A stretch of DNA of 62,608 bases, the filler included. It is 5 parts of 5 records of this genome, joined end to end, with 100 filler letters (N's around TTAATTAATTAA, not from the genome) between each part and the next. Parts side by side here need not be neighbours in the genome. Positions count along the whole stretch, not along the records: positions 37,819 to 56,952 come from SRR31156797_4224; 4 more parts are not named here. One strand, given 5' to 3'. Numbering within the stretch: the first letter of the stretch is position 1; every line of letters begins with the position of its first letter. Shown here piece by piece: positions 38,687 through 49,345 of this stretch. Made by a program: the position numbers and the translations under genes. The notes beneath the pieces were generated by a model that ran no database searches, had not been told where the DNA came from, and worked only from the letters and a program-made list of their open reading frames with translations.

Positions 38687-39916
38687 ATGAGAAAAAGTTT
38701 TGCTTTATTTTTAATTGTTCCTTTTACTCTATTTGGAGAGAATTTATCTCAACTTTTAGAGTTATCTAAGAACAATAAAATGATTGACTCTTCTAAAAAA
38801 AGTGTTGAAAGCATAAAAGATAGTTACGAAAGTGAAAAAATGGGCTATCTTCCAAGTATAACAGTAGATGCAAGCTATCAAGAAACGAACAAAGAAACTA
38901 ATAGTGTTCCTGATAATATGTCAACTGTTAGTGGGACACTTGATTATGTTATTTATGATGGTGGAAAAAAGTATGATGTTTATGATTCTTATGAAGCAAA
39001 TATTAAACAAGGCGACCAAAATGTTGAAGCTCTTAAAAATGAAATATCTTTAACTGTTATTGATTACTACTTTAATTTTTTATCATATAAAGCACAAAAA
39101 GAATCAAAATTACAAGAGATAGAACAACTTGAAGCACAAGTTGCAAGATTAAAAAAATATTTAGATGCAGGTACTACAACTGAAGATGAAGTTCAAAAAA
39201 TTATATCTAATTTAGAAACGGCAAAAGTTGAATTACAAGAGATTGAATTAAATATTCAAACAGTTATACACAATCTTGAGTATGTTGTTGGAAAATCTGT
39301 ATCAATTGAAGCTGGTTCTGAAGTAAAAGATTATGATGTAAATAATAAAAAATTAAGACCAGATATTAAAGCTTTAGAATATGAAATGGATTCTTTATTA
39401 TCAACTGCAAAATCTAAGAAAAGTGATTATTTACCAACATTAAGTTTTAGAGACCAATATGCATTTAGTGATTTTGATTATGAATCATCAAATTACACAT
39501 CAACTGATTATGACCAAAATATTGCATCTTTAAACTTGACTTGGAAAATATTTGATTTTGGAGCAACATCAAAATCATATCAAGCAGCATATAAACAATA
39601 TTTATCTTTAAAATCTGAATATGAATATGAAAAAAACAAAGCGAGTGTTGATTTAAAACTGGCATTAAAATCTTACGAGATTGGAAAATTAAAAATCAAA
39701 TCTGCAAAAGCAGGATTAGTCGCAGCAAATAGTGCATATGAGTCAATTAAGGCAAAATATCAAAATGGTTTAGTTGATAATGTTTCATATTTAGAATCAT
39801 TAAGTGAAAAATATGATGCAGAGAGTGCTTTAAAAGTTGCACTTTATGATTTAGAAATGAGAAAAGCAAATATAATTTACTATAGCGGTGAAAATTTAGA
39901 GGAGTTCGTAAAATGA
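38687..39916 (+). CDS. TolC family outer-membrane efflux protein
   Basis: Signal peptide; YLPSI/YLPTL, IYDGG/IFDFG, KYQNGL repeats. Confidence 0.9.
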   Translation: MRKSFALFLIVPFTLFGENLSQLLELSKNNKMIDSSKKSVESIKDSYESEKMGYLPSITVDASYQETNKETNSVPDNMSTVSGTLDYVIYDGGKKYDVYDSYEANIKQGDQNVEALKNEISLTVIDYYFNFLSYKAQKESKLQEIEQLEAQVARLKKYLDAGTTTEDEVQKIISNLETAKVELQEIELNIQTVIHNLEYVVGKSVSIEAGSEVKDYDVNNKKLRPDIKALEYEMDSLLSTAKSKKSDYLPTLSFRDQYAFSDFDYESSNYTSTDYDQNIASLNLTWKIFDFGATSKSYQAAYKQYLSLKSEYEYEKNKASVDLKLALKSYEIGKLKIKSAKAGLVAANSAYESIKAKYQNGLVDNVSYLESLSEKYDAESALKVALYDLEMRKANIIYYSGENLEEFVK

Positions 39917-41037
39917 AATTAATTAAAAATTTATTGGTAAGTTCTGCACTAACATTAGTTGCAGTATCAACTAATTTATCAGCACAAGAGCAAGCGGCAA
40001 ATGCAATGCCTGCACCTAAAGCTGATATTTATGTGGTGCCAGAAGCATCAGATTTAGCTATTAAGTTAAAGTATCCAGCGCAAATTGATCCTTTAAATTA
40101 TGCAACAGTATACTCAAGAGTTCTTGGTGTCCTTGAAAAGCAAAATTTTGAAGAAGGGCAAAAAGTTGAAAAAGGCGAAGTTCTATTTAAAATTGAAGAT
40201 GATATTTATCAAGCAAAAGTTGATGCTGCAGAGGCTTCAGTAAAAATGAATGAAGCAACTTTAGAAAATGCAACTAGAAACTGGAACAGAATGAGAAAAC
40301 TTTACAAAAGTAAAGCTATAACAACAGAACAAAGAGATAATGCATTATCAACTTATGAAAATGCAGTTGCGTCTTTAGCTATGTCTAAAGCAGAATTAAA
40401 ACAAACAAAAATTGATTTAGAATATACAGAAGTAAAAGCACCAATTTCTGGTGTGACAGGACTTAGAAAAGTTGATTTAGGAAATTTAGTTACTTCAAAT
40501 CCTCCAATGGAACTTGTAACTATTTCACAAAATGATAAAGTTTATATTAACTTCTCTATGCCTTTAAGTGATTATTCAAATATTAAAAATGGTTTATGGA
40601 AAATTCCAGAAGATGGAAAAATAAAAGTAGACATTACTGTAGATAATAAACAAATTGATGTAAAAGGTTATGTAGACTTTATCGATGTTAATATTGATGA
40701 AAACACTTCAACAGTAAAAATGAGAGCAATTATTGAAAATAAAGATAACAAACTTATGCCTGGTACTTTTGCAAGAGTTAACTTAGAAGGGATTGTTCAA
40801 AAAAATGTAATAACTATTCCTCAAAAAGCATTATTACAAAATCCATTAGGAACAGTTGTATTTGTTGAAAACAATGGAGTAGCTGGTGTTAAACCTGTTG
40901 TAATTGGAAATGAAAGTGGTGATAAATTTGTAGTTGCGGGTGGACCCTTACAAAGTGGTGACAGAGTAATTATAAATAATTTCTTTAGAGTAAAACCAGG
41001 TAAGCCAGTAACAGTTGATAAAATAATAAATAAATAA
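39913..41037 (+). CDS. RND periplasmic adaptor (MFP)
   Basis: FEEGQKVEKGEVLFKI, YTEVKAPISG, LMPGTF. Confidence 0.93.
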   Translation: MKLIKNLLVSSALTLVAVSTNLSAQEQAANAMPAPKADIYVVPEASDLAIKLKYPAQIDPLNYATVYSRVLGVLEKQNFEEGQKVEKGEVLFKIEDDIYQAKVDAAEASVKMNEATLENATRNWNRMRKLYKSKAITTEQRDNALSTYENAVASLAMSKAELKQTKIDLEYTEVKAPISGVTGLRKVDLGNLVTSNPPMELVTISQNDKVYINFSMPLSDYSNIKNGLWKIPEDGKIKVDITVDNKQIDVKGYVDFIDVNIDENTSTVKMRAIIENKDNKLMPGTFARVNLEGIVQKNVITIPQKALLQNPLGTVVFVENNGVAGVKPVVIGNESGDKFVVAGGPLQSGDRVIINNFFRVKPGKPVTVDKIINK

Positions 41038-41046
41038 GGAAAATAG

Positions 41047-44000
41047 ATGTTTTCACGGTTTTTTATAAACAGACCAATCTTTGCAACCGTTTTGTCTGTT
41101 TTGATAATATTAGCAGGTTTGATTTCAATAAATATATTACCTATTAAAGAATATCCTGCTGTAACACCTCCACAGATTAATGTTTCTGCAACCTATCCAG
41201 GTGCTGATGCAGCAACACTAAACTCTACAGTTGCGACTGTATTGGAAAATCAGATTAATGGTGTTGATAATATGAACTATATGACTTCTACTGCTTCTCC
41301 AAGTGGTACATTGTCAATTAGTGTTGTATTTAGGGTTGGGACAGATGTTTCTCAAGCAAAAGTTGACGTAAACAACAGAGTTCAATTAGCATTAAGTAGT
41401 TTACCTGAAGAGGTACAAAGACAAGGTATTTCAGTAAATGAAAGATCTCCAGATATGCTGAAAGTTCTTGCATTTACATCAAAAAATAGAGTTCATGATA
41501 CTACATATATTTCAAACTATTTAAATGTAAATGTATTAGATGATATTAAAAGAATTAAAGGTGTTGGTGAAGCTAGAGTTTTTGGTTCAAAAGATTATGC
41601 AATTAGAATTTGGATTGATCCAGAAAAACTATCTTTTTATAATTTAACAGCTGATGATGTAAATAGAGTTATTTCAAGTCAAAATAATCAATATTCAACA
41701 GGTTTAGTTGGGTCTGCTCCAATGAAAGAGATTCAACCATTCACTTACTCTATTACTACAGAGGGTAGACTTAAAAATGTAAAAGAATTTGAAAATATTA
41801 TTGTAAAGTCTAATCCAGATGGTTCAACATTAAAAATTAAAGATATTGCAAGAGTTGAACTTGGTGCTGATTCAATTAATACAACGGGGAAATATACAAA
41901 AGAACCAATGATTCCTGTTGGAATTTTCTTATCTCCTGGAGCAAATGCACTTGAAGTTTCAGCTGCACTTGATGAAGAGTTGGAAAAAATTTCTGAAAGT
42001 TTCCCTGAAGATTTAGAGATTCAAGTTCCTTATGATGCAACATTGTTCGTTGACGAATCAATTAGAGAAGTTGTTAAAACATTATTAGAAGCAATTGTTT
42101 TTGTAATTATTTTGATTTATTTATTCTTAGGTAATTTTAGAGCAACTATTATTCCTGTTCTTGCTATTCCTGTATCTGTTATTGGTACATTTGCAGGGCT
42201 TTATATAGCTGGATTTTCAATCAACTTGCTTACACTTTTTGGTATGATTCTTGCCATTGGTTTGGTTGTTGATGATGCTATTATTGTTATTGAAAATGTT
42301 GAAAGGGTTCTTAGAACAACAAAAGATAAAACTATTACAGTTAAAGATGCAACTATTGAAGCAATGAAAGAGTTAACTACTCCACTTATTGCAATTATTC
42401 TTGTGTTATCAGCTGTATTTATTCCTGCTGCATTAACTGGCGGGTTTAGTGGGGTTATGTATAAACAGTTTGCTATTACAATTGTAATGGCTGTTGTAAT
42501 TTCTGGTTTTGTTGCCTTAACATTAACACCAGCACTTTGTGCAATTTTCCTAAAAGCAGATGAGGGTGAACCTTTTTGGCCAATTAGGAAATTCAATGAG
42601 TTCTTTGACTGGTCAACAACTGTATTCTTAGGAATTACAAAACAAACAATTAGATTGTGGGCTTTTTCATTAGCATTATTTGCAATATTAATTTATGCAA
42701 CATATTCTATTATCAAAATTACACCATCAGGTTTAGTTCCAGAAGAGGATAAAGGTGTATTAATGGTATTAACATATATGATGCCAGGTACTTCTTTAGG
42801 TGAATCTGAAAAAATCACTAATGATATTGAAGAACAATTATTACAAAATCCAAATATTGTATCTACAGGTGCTATTACTGGTTTAGATATTGCTACATTT
42901 GCTTATAAAACAGACGCAGCATTGATGTTTGCTATGTTAAAACCTTGGGATGAAAGACCATTAGATAATCAAAACTCACAAGTAATTGCTGGACAATTAA
43001 TGGGTCAATTTATGACTACAAGTAAGGAAGCGATGGTTATTCCAGTTAATCCACCTCCAATTATGGGTATGAGTACAACTGGTGGATTCGAAATGTGGAT
43101 TCAAGACAGAACAGGTGGAGATTTACAAACATTAAATAAGTTTGCACAAGAGATTGTAGAAAAAGCTGCAGCTGATCCAAGACTTATGGCTGTAAGAACA
43201 AACTTAAGTACAAATGTTCCTCAATACATGTTAAAAGTTGATAGTGAAAAAGCAAAAGCTATGGATGTAAGTGTAGATTCAATTTTTGCAGTAATCCAAA
43301 ATAGTTTTGGACAAGGGTATATAAATGATTTCAATTTATATGGTAGAACTTTCCATGTAAATATTCAGTCTGATTCTGAATACAGAGCAACAAGAGATAA
43401 CTTTAAAAATATCTATGTAAAATCAAATAGTGGGAATTTAATTCCTATTAGTGAACTTACAAAAATAGAAAGAAAAGTTAATGCAAGTGTTATTCAAAGA
43501 TTTAATATGTTTAACGCAGCAAAAATTACAGGTAATCCAGCTCCTGGATTTGCTTCAAGTGATGCAACAAATGCAATTGAAGAGATTGCAAATTCAGTTT
43601 TACCTGAAAACTATACTGTTGCTTGGTCTGGTACAACATACCAAGAAAAAATAATAGAAAATGAAGGTGATTATACATCTTTTTATGCTGCTGTATTTGT
43701 ATTCTTAATTCTTGCGGCATTATATGAAAGCTGGAGTATTCCTTTAGCAGTTATTATTTCTATTCCATTTGCAATCTTTGGTGCAGCACTTGGTGTGTAT
43801 TTAAGAGGTTTAGAAGCTGACCTTTACTTCCAAGTAGGTCTTATTACTCTGGTGGGATTGTCTGCTAAAAATGCAATTTTGATTGTTGAATTTGCAATGG
43901 ATAAGCTAAGAGATGGACTCAGTCTATTTGACGCAACAATTGAAGCAGCGAGACTTAGATTTAGACCAATTGTAATGACATCATTGGCATTTATTGTTGG

Positions 44001-44175
44001 TACTTTACCACTTGCATTAAGTAGTGGTGCTGGTAGTGCAAGTAGACATATTATTGGTACTACAGTTGTTTGTGGTATGATAGGTGCAGTTGTAATTGGG
44101 GTATTATTTATTCCTTTATTCTTCTATGGAGTAGTTTCTATAAAAAGAAAAATTGGATTTACAAAAGAAAAATAA
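41047..44175 (+). CDS. HAE1 family RND efflux permease (AcrB/CmeB-like)
   Basis: FFINRPIFA, GLVVDDAIIVIENVER, AKNAILIVEFA, RFRPIVMTS. Confidence 0.96.
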   Translation: MFSRFFINRPIFATVLSVLIILAGLISINILPIKEYPAVTPPQINVSATYPGADAATLNSTVATVLENQINGVDNMNYMTSTASPSGTLSISVVFRVGTDVSQAKVDVNNRVQLALSSLPEEVQRQGISVNERSPDMLKVLAFTSKNRVHDTTYISNYLNVNVLDDIKRIKGVGEARVFGSKDYAIRIWIDPEKLSFYNLTADDVNRVISSQNNQYSTGLVGSAPMKEIQPFTYSITTEGRLKNVKEFENIIVKSNPDGSTLKIKDIARVELGADSINTTGKYTKEPMIPVGIFLSPGANALEVSAALDEELEKISESFPEDLEIQVPYDATLFVDESIREVVKTLLEAIVFVIILIYLFLGNFRATIIPVLAIPVSVIGTFAGLYIAGFSINLLTLFGMILAIGLVVDDAIIVIENVERVLRTTKDKTITVKDATIEAMKELTTPLIAIILVLSAVFIPAALTGGFSGVMYKQFAITIVMAVVISGFVALTLTPALCAIFLKADEGEPFWPIRKFNEFFDWSTTVFLGITKQTIRLWAFSLALFAILIYATYSIIKITPSGLVPEEDKGVLMVLTYMMPGTSLGESEKITNDIEEQLLQNPNIVSTGAITGLDIATFAYKTDAALMFAMLKPWDERPLDNQNSQVIAGQLMGQFMTTSKEAMVIPVNPPPIMGMSTTGGFEMWIQDRTGGDLQTLNKFAQEIVEKAAADPRLMAVRTNLSTNVPQYMLKVDSEKAKAMDVSVDSIFAVIQNSFGQGYINDFNLYGRTFHVNIQSDSEYRATRDNFKNIYVKSNSGNLIPISELTKIERKVNASVIQRFNMFNAAKITGNPAPGFASSDATNAIEEIANSVLPENYTVAWSGTTYQEKIIENEGDYTSFYAAVFVFLILAALYESWSIPLAVIISIPFAIFGAALGVYLRGLEADLYFQVGLITLVGLSAKNAILIVEFAMDKLRDGLSLFDATIEAARLRFRPIVMTSLAFIVGTLPLALSSGAGSASRHIIGTTVVCGMIGAVVIGVLFIPLFFYGVVSIKRKIGFTKEK

Positions 44176-44182
44176 TAATAAA

Positions 44183-44218
44183 AAAGGTAGTATTTAAAAA
44201 AAATACTACCTTTCTTTT
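44183..44218 (+). terminator. Terminator of efflux operon
   Basis: AAAGGTAGTATTT/AAATACTACCTTT 13-bp IR plus T-rich tail. Confidence 0.8.
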
Positions 44219-44345
44219 AATCATAATAATTTTAAAATTTATTCAATAAAATTACAAAAAAAATATAAAAATATAATATTAGTATATATTTTTTAAAGTT
44301 TATAGTGTATAATTTTCTTAATAACAAAAATATAAGGAAAAAAGC

Positions 44346-45953
44346 ATGAAAACTTTAGTTCTTACTCTCATATTTTATTGCTCCATCTTTAAACTTTTTG
44401 CAGAACAAAATAATATAAATCTACAACTTAGTTGGAAAAATCAGTTCCAGTTTGCTGGTTATTATATGGCTATTGAAAAAGGATTTTATGACAAAGTAAA
44501 TTTAAAGGTTAATATAAAAGAATTAAACTCCGAATCAGACCCAATTGAAGCAATAAGAAGAGGTGATGCACAGTTTGCAATCGGTCGATCATCATTATTA
44601 ATTGATAAGGTAAAAGGTGAACATATAGTTGCATTAGGTGCCTTTTCACAACACTCACCAATGGTATTACTTACACGAAATGACCCAGATATAAATACAA
44701 TTAAAGATTTAAAAAACAAAAGAGTTATGATAACAACAGATGCAAGAATATCTGCAACAATAATTGCAATGTTAAATGCAAATAATATAAAACTTGAAGA
44801 CTTAACTGTACAAAAACACAGTTTCAACTTAAATGATTTAATTAATAATAGAACTGATGCAGTAGCATCTTATATTTCAAATGAGCCAATACAATTAAGA
44901 GAAAAAGGAGTAGATTATAAGATATTTAATCCAAGAGATTATGGCTTTGACTTTTATGACGATATTTTATTTACATCATCTTTTTTTATACAAAACAATA
45001 GAGAAACAACAAAAATTTTTTTTAAGGCAACACTAAAAGGCTGGTATTATGCATATAAAAATATAGATGAAACGGCAAAAATTATATATGAAAAATATAA
45101 TACTCAAAATAAATCATTATATAGTTTAATTGAAGAAGGAAAAGCATTAAAGAAAAATGCTCTTGGCGATGATATTACAAAAATAGGCTATTTGGATAAA
45201 GAGAGACTTACAAAGATAAATGATATATATAAGGTATTGGGACTAATTGAAAGTGATGTGAATTTGAATGATTTTATATATGAGGGAAACAATTATGATA
45301 TTGTAAAACTTCAATTTAAAGATAAAGATCTTTATTTATATATTTTTGCATTTTCTATAGTGATTGGAACAATAATACTAATAATGATATATTTAGTTAT
45401 AAAGAAAAAATGGTTAATAACAACAAAAACTTTAAAAAGTGAAATAGAAGAGAAAACAAAACTTTTAAAAGAACAATCAATGACAGACACACTTACTAAT
45501 GTAAGAAATAGAAAAGCTTATAACGAAAAAATAAAAGAGCTTTTAAATGATTATAAAAGGTACAGAAACAACTTTTGTTTGATATCAATCGATTTAGATG
45601 ATTTTAAAAAAGTAAATGATGAATTTGGTCATAAAGTTGGAGATGAAGTTTTAATTTCTTTTTGTAAACTAGCCCAGTCGCACTTAAGAACAAATGATTT
45701 TTTATTTAGAATGGGTGGTGAAGAGTTTATGATTTTGTTGCCAAATGTAAAACTAGAAAGTGGAATCAATGTATCAAAAAAACTTCTAAAAAGTTGTTTT
45801 GATAATTTAAAAGCAAATGATGAAAAAAGAGTAACAATAAGTATTGGTTTGGTTGAAGTTTTAGAGCATGAGAGTGAAACAACACTTTATAAAAGAGTAG
45901 ATAATTTATTATATGACTCAAAAAAGAATGGAAAAAATAGATTGTCATTTTAG
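44346..45953 (+). CDS. Diguanylate cyclase with periplasmic NMT1/THI5-like binding domain
   Basis: LSWKNQFQFAGYYMAIEKGFY sensor; TM; DLDDFKKVND, I-site RTND, active site GGEEF. Confidence 0.9.
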   Translation: MKTLVLTLIFYCSIFKLFAEQNNINLQLSWKNQFQFAGYYMAIEKGFYDKVNLKVNIKELNSESDPIEAIRRGDAQFAIGRSSLLIDKVKGEHIVALGAFSQHSPMVLLTRNDPDINTIKDLKNKRVMITTDARISATIIAMLNANNIKLEDLTVQKHSFNLNDLINNRTDAVASYISNEPIQLREKGVDYKIFNPRDYGFDFYDDILFTSSFFIQNNRETTKIFFKATLKGWYYAYKNIDETAKIIYEKYNTQNKSLYSLIEEGKALKKNALGDDITKIGYLDKERLTKINDIYKVLGLIESDVNLNDFIYEGNNYDIVKLQFKDKDLYLYIFAFSIVIGTIILIMIYLVIKKKWLITTKTLKSEIEEKTKLLKEQSMTDTLTNVRNRKAYNEKIKELLNDYKRYRNNFCLISIDLDDFKKVNDEFGHKVGDEVLISFCKLAQSHLRTNDFLFRMGGEEFMILLPNVKLESGINVSKKLLKSCFDNLKANDEKRVTISIGLVEVLEHESETTLYKRVDNLLYDSKKNGKNRLSF

Positions 45954-46006
45954 AAAAAATAATAAATTAATTAAGAATAAGTTAATATAAAATAAAAAGA
46001 TGAGAT

Positions 46007-47170
46007 ATGAATGAGGCTTTTTTAAAAGATATTACAATATTAATTGTTGAAGATAATCAAGATGATTTGGCTTTGTTAGTAAAAACATTAAATAAGTATT
46101 TTAATACAATATTAACTGCTACAAATGGTCTTGAAGCATTAAAAGTTTACAAAGAACATGAAGAGATTGATATAATAATTTCTAAAATTGAGATGGAAAA
46201 AATGAATGGGATTGAGCTTTTAAAATCTATTCGTTTTTCAGATTTGTATCTGCCTTTTATTATAATCTCTTCTAAAAATGATAGTGATATTTTGATGGAA
46301 GCAGTAAATCTAAATGTTAGTTCTTTTATTCCAAAACCATTAGATATTGGGAAGTTGTTAGAAAGAATCGATATTGTATGTGAAAAAAAATATTTTGAGT
46401 TTAGACTTAAAAGAAAACAAGAAGAGTTAAATAGATATATCTCTTCAGTTGATAAAGTTGCAGTTATCTTCAGACTAAAAAGAGATGGAACTATCACTTA
46501 TATGAATGATGCTATGTTAGACATTAGTGGATACACAAAAGATGAATTGGGAGAAATTAATTTTAATGATTTAATACATCCAGATATTCCTAAAAAAGTA
46601 ATAGACGAAAGCTGGATAGAGTTAGAAGATGGAAAAATATGGAGAGGAAATACAAAGTTTAAGTCAAAAAAAGATAAAACTTTTTATTTGAATAATACTA
46701 TTTTTAAAAGTATCGATGAAGAGGATGAATATATAACTATTGCATTTCTAACTACTCAAGAAAATCTTGAAAAAAGAGATTTTCATAAAAAAGTATTAAT
46801 GAGTATTAAAGAGTTCAATTTAAAAGAATTCAATTATAAAAAACAAATTCAGAATTTAGAAAGACAGATTGCAAACTTTGATGTTGGTGTTTATGAAAAG
46901 AAAATAAAAACATTAAGAGAAAAAATAGCATCTCATGAATTACAAGAGAAAAAATATAAAAGTGATATTGATATGTTAAATGATAAATACAATAATATGT
47001 TGATGTCAAAAAAAGATGAAATAAGTAGATATGTAGATTTAATACAAATTGAAAAAAACAAAAATCAAAAATTGGAAACTCAAATTGAAAAAATAAAAGA
47101 GGAAGAGAATATTTTAAGAGAGGTAAATGAAAGACTTATTTCAGAATCAAAAAGAAAAAGAGGATTTTAA
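46007..47170 (+). CDS. Degenerate receiver + PAS + coiled-coil protein
   Basis: REC fold (IVED...IIISKIEM...IPKP); PAS ([12 protein letters not shown]...IHPD...WRG); long heptad C-terminus. Confidence 0.8.
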   Translation: MNEAFLKDITILIVEDNQDDLALLVKTLNKYFNTILTATNGLEALKVYKEHEEIDIIISKIEMEKMNGIELLKSIRFSDLYLPFIIISSKNDSDILMEAVNLNVSSFIPKPLDIGKLLERIDIVCEKKYFEFRLKRKQEELNRYISSVDKVAVIFRLKRDGTITYMNDAMLDISGYTKDELGEINFNDLIHPDIPKKVIDESWIELEDGKIWRGNTKFKSKKDKTFYLNNTIFKSIDEEDEYITIAFLTTQENLEKRDFHKKVLMSIKEFNLKEFNYKKQIQNLERQIANFDVGVYEKKIKTLREKIASHELQEKKYKSDIDMLNDKYNNMLMSKKDEISRYVDLIQIEKNKNQKLETQIEKIKEEENILREVNERLISESKRKRGF

Positions 47171-47964
47171 CTCTCTTTTTTTAGTAAATTTTTAAGTTCT
47201 TTAATCTCTTCTTTTAACTCCTTTAATTCATCTTGAATTCCGCTTTCACTGCTTTTTACCTCGCTAATTATTACTTCCTCTTCTTCATTTTTTAATACAG
47301 CCATAGCATCAACTATAACTGCAACAATTAAATTAATCATTACAAAAGTTGCTATAAAAATAAAAGGTATAAAGAAAACCCAAGCATAAGGATGTATTTC
47401 CATTACGGGTCTTACAATTCCCATTGACCATGACTCCAGCGTCATTACTTGAAATAGAGTATAAAAAGAGTTTCCTAATGTACCAAACCATTGAGGAAAA
47501 CTTTCTGCATAAAGATTCGTTGCCATAATTGCAAATATATAAAAAATCAAAGCCATAAGACCCATAATAGAAAGCATTCCCGGAATAACACTAAGTAATG
47601 CAGCTACTATTTTTCTCATTTGTGGAACAACTGTGATAAGTCTAAATAATCTAAACACTCTTAATATTCTAAATATTGCAAAGCTTTCATTTGCTGGGAA
47701 AAGTGATATTAATACAATAGCAAAGTCAAATAAAGACCAAGGGTCTTTAAAAAAAGATAATCTGTGTACAAATATTCTAAGGATAATCTCTAATGTAAAG
47801 ATTGAAATTACCATCTTATCAAAAGTATGAATATATATTGCAAATGAGTCCATTATTGTTTTAGATGTTTCAAGTCCCATAGATATTCCATTTAGAATTA
47901 TAATACCAACAATAAAGTTTTGGAAATTTGATGAGTTAACTAATTTTTCTATATTTTTGTACAT
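47167..47964 (-). CDS. Bacterial voltage-gated sodium channel (NavAb-like)
   Basis: S4 [11 protein letters not shown], selectivity filter [19 protein letters not shown]-terminal coiled coil. Confidence 0.93.
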   Translation of the reverse strand: MYKNIEKLVNSSNFQNFIVGIIILNGISMGLETSKTIMDSFAIYIHTFDKMVISIFTLEIILRIFVHRLSFFKDPWSLFDFAIVLISLFPANESFAIFRILRVFRLFRLITVVPQMRKIVAALLSVIPGMLSIMGLMALIFYIFAIMATNLYAESFPQWFGTLGNSFYTLFQVMTLESWSMGIVRPVMEIHPYAWVFFIPFIFIATFVMINLIVAVIVDAMAVLKNEEEEVIISEVKSSESGIQDELKELKEEIKELKNLLKKES

Positions 47965-48074
47965 TTAAAACCTTTATAATTTTTTGAAATTATACAAAGA
48001 AAATGATTATTTTTCTTTATGTATTTTAAGAATAAAAATATTAGAATGTAATATAAATTGAAAAAGGCCTTTAA

Positions 48075-49118
48075 ATGAAGTTTGAAGAGATGCAGATAGT
48101 ATCAATAGATGATAATGAAAACAATCTATTTTTAATAGAAGCCTTGTGTATGGAGTTGGAACTAAATGTAAAAAGTTTCTCAGACCCACTAGAAGCATTG
48201 ATGTATGTTTTACAAAATAAAATAGATATGATTATTATAGATTATATGATGCCAAATCTTAATGGATTGGATTTTATAAAAGAATTTAGAAATAATAATA
48301 AAATAGTCCCAATTATTATGGTTACTGCTGCAAGTGATGATGAAAGAATACATAAAAAAGCTTATGATTTAGGGGCAAATGATTTTTTAAGTAAACCTGT
48401 TAACAGTGTTCTTTTTCAAGCAAGGGTTTTAAATATATTATCAAACTATAAAAATCAAATATTAGTAGAAAACAAAGCAAAACTTTTAGAAGAAGAGGTA
48501 AAAAAAGCTACTGAAAAGCTAATAGATAGAGAACATGAGACACTTCAAATTTTAGGTAAAACAGCTGAATACAAGGATCCAGAAACTGCTTCGCATGTAG
48601 CTAGAGTTTCCCATTATAGTAAGCTATTAGCAAAAGAATATGGATTGGATGAAGAACTTCAAGATTTAGTTTTTTATGCAGCACCTTTCCACGATTTAGG
48701 AAAAGTGGGAATAGAAGACAGCCTTCTATTAAAAACAGGTAAACTTGATGAAAAAGAGTTTGCAATTATGAAAACTCATGCCAAAATCGGCTATGAAATA
48801 TTAAAAGATTCCCAAAGTGATTATTTAAAAGCTGGAGCAACAATAGCTTTAAGTCACCATGAAAGATTTGATGGAAGTGGTTACCCAAGTGGACTAGTTG
48901 GAGAAGATATACCTATTCTTGGGAGAATAGTTGCTATTGCAGATGTTTTTGATGCATTAACTTCAGTGAGACCTTATAAAAAAGCTTGGGAGTTTTCTTC
49001 TGCATTAGAGTTAATAAAAGAGGAAAGAGGCAAACATTTTGATCCTAAAATAGTAGATATATTCATTAACAATATTGATAAAGTTAAGGAGATTTTTGAG
49101 TCTTTTAAAGAAAACTAA
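48075..49118 (+). CDS. Response regulator with HD-GYP phosphodiesterase (RpfG-like)
   Basis: REC IDD...IIDYMMP...KP; FHDLGKVGI, HHERFDGSGYP, ADVFDALTSVRPYK. Confidence 0.93.
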   Translation: MKFEEMQIVSIDDNENNLFLIEALCMELELNVKSFSDPLEALMYVLQNKIDMIIIDYMMPNLNGLDFIKEFRNNNKIVPIIMVTAASDDERIHKKAYDLGANDFLSKPVNSVLFQARVLNILSNYKNQILVENKAKLLEEEVKKATEKLIDREHETLQILGKTAEYKDPETASHVARVSHYSKLLAKEYGLDEELQDLVFYAAPFHDLGKVGIEDSLLLKTGKLDEKEFAIMKTHAKIGYEILKDSQSDYLKAGATIALSHHERFDGSGYPSGLVGEDIPILGRIVAIADVFDALTSVRPYKKAWEFSSALELIKEERGKHFDPKIVDIFINNIDKVKEIFESFKEN

Positions 49119-49345
49119 TAAGTGATTCTTTGTAGATTTTTTTTAGTTAAATAGTTTAGAATATTTAAAAAAAGTGAAGACTTAAGTGATAGAAATAAAA
49201 CAATTTTATATAAAAATTGAAAATGAGATAAAAAATTTAATCTAAAGTTTCTAGAGTGTAATCTATTTATGTTTATAATATAAACTTAATTATTATAAAA
49301 ATAAATGAAAAGTTCCGTATAATCATAGTACAAAAGGTAGGCTCT

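Noticed and set aside
38065..44175. RND efflux operon as a novel system
   Set aside because: Standard TetR-TolC-MFP-RND organisation; only the operator was kept as a minor finding
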